Source: Luminiphilus sp. (GTDB lineage: Bacteria; Pseudomonadota; Gammaproteobacteria; Pseudomonadales; Halieaceae). From it: a stretch of 40,971 bases of DNA. Below, piece by piece: positions 38,838 to 40,971 of this stretch. A program made the position numbers and the translations under genes. A model generated the notes under the pieces. It was not told where the DNA came from. It did no database searches and saw nothing but the letters and a program-made list of their open reading frames with translations. Position 1 is the first letter of the stretch, and every line of letters begins with the position of its first letter. The stretch spans positions 1 through 40,971 of the forward strand of contig JADHQF010000001.1 of assembly GCA_016778085.1 (NCBI GenBank), written 5' to 3'.

Positions 38838-39812
38838 GTGAAGCTGCAGCAACTAAGGTACATCTGGGAAGTGGCGCACCACGATCTTAACGTGTCCGCT
38901 ACCGCGCAGAGTCTTTTTACGTCGCAACCGGGTATCAGCAAGCAAATTCGACTGCTAGAGGATGAGCTCGGCGTTGAGGTATTCGCTCGGAGCGGAAAAC
39001 ACCTCACGCACATCACCCCGGCTGGAGAGGTGATTCTGGATCTGGCTGGTGAGATTCTCCGCAAGGCAGATTCGATCAAGAAAGTGGCGCAGGAATTTTC
39101 AAACGAGACCGCCGGCACCCTGTCGATTGCGACCACTCACACGCAGGCTCGTTACGTGTTGCCCAGTGTGATAAAAGCGTTCATGGCACGATATCCCGAC
39201 GTGTCGTTGGTTATGAAGCAGGGCACCCCACCACAGGTCGCGCAGATGGCTGCAGACGGGGAAGTCGACTTTGTGATCGCCACCGAGGCGCTCAATCAGT
39301 TTTCCAGTCTCATTACGTTGCCGTGCTATCGATGGAATCGCTGCGTGGTGGTGCCTCAGGGGCATCCGCTGACATCCCTCGATCACTGCTCTCTTGAGGC
39401 CATCGCTGAGCACCCAATTGTGACTTACACCACTGGTTTTACAGGGCGATCCAAGCTGGATGAGGCCTTTAACGACCGCGGGCTCACGCCCAGAGTTGTC
39501 TTTACCGCTGTCGACTCGGATGTGATCAAGACTTATGTCCGCCTTGGGTTGGGTGTTGGCTTGATCGCAGGTATGGCCTACGACCTGCCGCTGGATTCTG
39601 ATCTCGTAAAGATCGACGTGTCACACCTGTTTGCAAGTTCTGTGACGAGTCTGGGATTCAGAAAGGGCACCTTTCTCCGGGGCTACATGCACGATTTCAT
39701 TCACGAGCTGGCGCCGCATCTCGGCCGAGAGCTGGTGCAGGAAGCATTGTCTCGCGCCAAGCTGACAGACCGCATCGCGCTCTACGAAGGGATTGAGTTA
39801 CCCGAGCACTGA
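38838..39812 (+). CDS. cysB: LysR-type regulator CysB
   Basis: MKLQQLRYI.EV..H.LNVSATA.SLFTSQPGISKQ, IATTHTQARY, GFTGRSKLD, DVIKTYVRLGLGVG; 324 aa. Confidence 0.96.
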   Translation: MKLQQLRYIWEVAHHDLNVSATAQSLFTSQPGISKQIRLLEDELGVEVFARSGKHLTHITPAGEVILDLAGEILRKADSIKKVAQEFSNETAGTLSIATTHTQARYVLPSVIKAFMARYPDVSLVMKQGTPPQVAQMAADGEVDFVIATEALNQFSSLITLPCYRWNRCVVVPQGHPLTSLDHCSLEAIAEHPIVTYTTGFTGRSKLDEAFNDRGLTPRVVFTAVDSDVIKTYVRLGLGVGLIAGMAYDLPLDSDLVKIDVSHLFASSVTSLGFRKGTFLRGYMHDFIHELAPHLGRELVQEALSRAKLTDRIALYEGIELPEH

Positions 39813-40971
39813 TTGGCCTCCTCGAGCGCAGCCATAATCGGTCCGACCTTGTCGAGGGTTTCTTGATACTCCGCCTCCCACTGCGAGCTGGCGGTGATGC
39901 CGCCACCACCCCAGCAGTGGATCGTGTTCCCGGTGACTTCCAATGTTCTGATTGCGATGCTGCTTTGCAACCAATCGTCGCCACCGAGGATGAACAGCGA
40001 GCCACAGTATGCGCCACGGGTCGTGGCTTCCAATTCAGCGATGATTTCGACAGCCCGCTTTTTAGGTGCTCCGGTAATCGAGCCGCCGGGTGAAGTGGCG
40101 AGTAGCATCTGGCCTGCGCTCACGCCAGGCGCCAGCTTACCCTCTACCGTACTGATCAGATGGTGCACGTTGTTAAAGCTATGTAAGCCGCAGAGTTCCG
40201 TGACTCTCACGCTGCCGGTTTCACAGAACTGGCCGAGATCATTGCGCAGCAGGTCGGTAATCATCACGTTTTCTGCGCGATCTTTCTCGGAGTTGAGAAG
40301 CGCTTTTGCCAGCGCCGCGTCTTGCTCGGGGTCGGGATGTCTGGGCGCCGTACCCTTGATGGGTTGGGACGTGACCGTGCCATGATGAATCCTCAGGAAG
40401 CGCTCCGGGGACAGTGAGAGAATTGCGTGGTCCTCGGCCGTGCGGAGAAAACCGGAGAATCCGCCGGCCAGAAGCGTTCTGACATACCGGTAGGCCGACC
40501 ATGCGTCGCCCTCGAGGGTTGCTTCGAACCGCTGTGCGTAGTTCACCTGGTAGCAGTCCCCGGCCAGTATGTATTCCTGAATCCGTGCGATATGCGCCTG
40601 ATACTGCGGTTTATCGATGGCGGGACGAAAATGCTCTGCGAGATGAAAGCTCGCAGGTACAGTGGCTTGTCTGGTTTTAATGAGTGCTGTGATCCGTTGT
40701 CGGGTCACCGTCGGGCAGTCCGGATGTATGAGCAGCTCGGTAGTTTGACTGCTGCGGTGGGTGACCAGCAGCCAGTGATAAAGCCCAGCCATGGTTTGGG
40801 AGTCGGGCTGATCTTGAGCTCGAAGGCTACCCGCAGGGGCATCGTAGTCGAGACTACCGATCGCCACACACCCAGTGAAGCACTCTGATGTGCCCAAGTT
40901 AGGTCTCTGGGCGCAGGCGCTGTGCAAATCTGTCTCCAGTGCGGTCATCCATTCGGCAAGGTTCGCCGAAT
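39782..40971 (-). CDS. pabB: Aminodeoxychorismate synthase component I, 5' end likely outside the window
   Basis: GDCYQVN, SPERFL, PIKGT (Lys distinguishes PabB from TrpE PIAGT), KDRAENVMITDLLRND, GSITGAPK, RGAYCGS, GGGI; frame stays open from ATG 40948 to the window edge. Confidence 0.88.
   Translation of the reverse strand, partial: SANLAEWMTALETDLHSACAQRPNLGTSECFTGCVAIGSLDYDAPAGSLRAQDQPDSQTMAGLYHWLLVTHRSSQTTELLIHPDCPTVTRQRITALIKTRQATVPASFHLAEHFRPAIDKPQYQAHIARIQEYILAGDCYQVNYAQRFEATLEGDAWSAYRYVRTLLAGGFSGFLRTAEDHAILSLSPERFLRIHHGTVTSQPIKGTAPRHPDPEQDAALAKALLNSEKDRAENVMITDLLRNDLGQFCETGSVRVTELCGLHSFNNVHHLISTVEGKLAPGVSAGQMLLATSPGGSITGAPKKRAVEIIAELEATTRGAYCGSLFILGGDDWLQSSIAIRTLEVTGNTIHCWGGGGITASSQWEAEYQETLDKVGPIMAALEEANQCSGNSIPS

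Noticed and set aside
1-40971. CRISPR arrays, IS elements, rRNA, frameshifted pseudogenes
   Set aside because: None seen; recognised genes appear full length and no regularly spaced repeat array is visible.

Overview
Mostly a core-genome (housekeeping) segment of a gammaproteobacterium with Pseudomonas-like gene order. Gene content and protein style suggest a marine Cellvibrionales/Halieaceae (OM60/NOR5-like) organism, but that is inference. It carries rlmKL, the conserved run leuC-leuD-leuB-asd-fimV-truA-trpF-trpB-trpA-accD-folC-dedD-cvpA-purF-metZ, then acnB, DUF1289-miaE, lpxH-ppiB, glnS-cysS, folD, tRNA-Pro(UGG) and tRNA-His(GUG). After that come a stand-alone formyltransferase, an Xth/ExoA nuclease, an orphan yajC, a D-cysteine desulfhydrase-family enzyme, an AGCS amino-acid symporter, a 5'-nucleotidase, cysB and a truncated pabB. 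I saw no integrase, transposase, CRISPR array or defence system. The most interesting signal is non-coding: a ~100-nt minus-strand transcription unit at 32533-32631 with its own sigma70-type promoter, three GGA-loop hairpins and an intrinsic terminator, which is the architecture of a CsrA/RsmA-sequestering sRNA. Other leads are a SutA-like small protein, a tRNA-His with a non-canonical C15/A48 pair, a second structured intergenic element near xth, a Comamonadaceae-like plsC, and two unknown lipoproteins coupled to rlmKL. All calls are by eye; no searches or folding programs were run.
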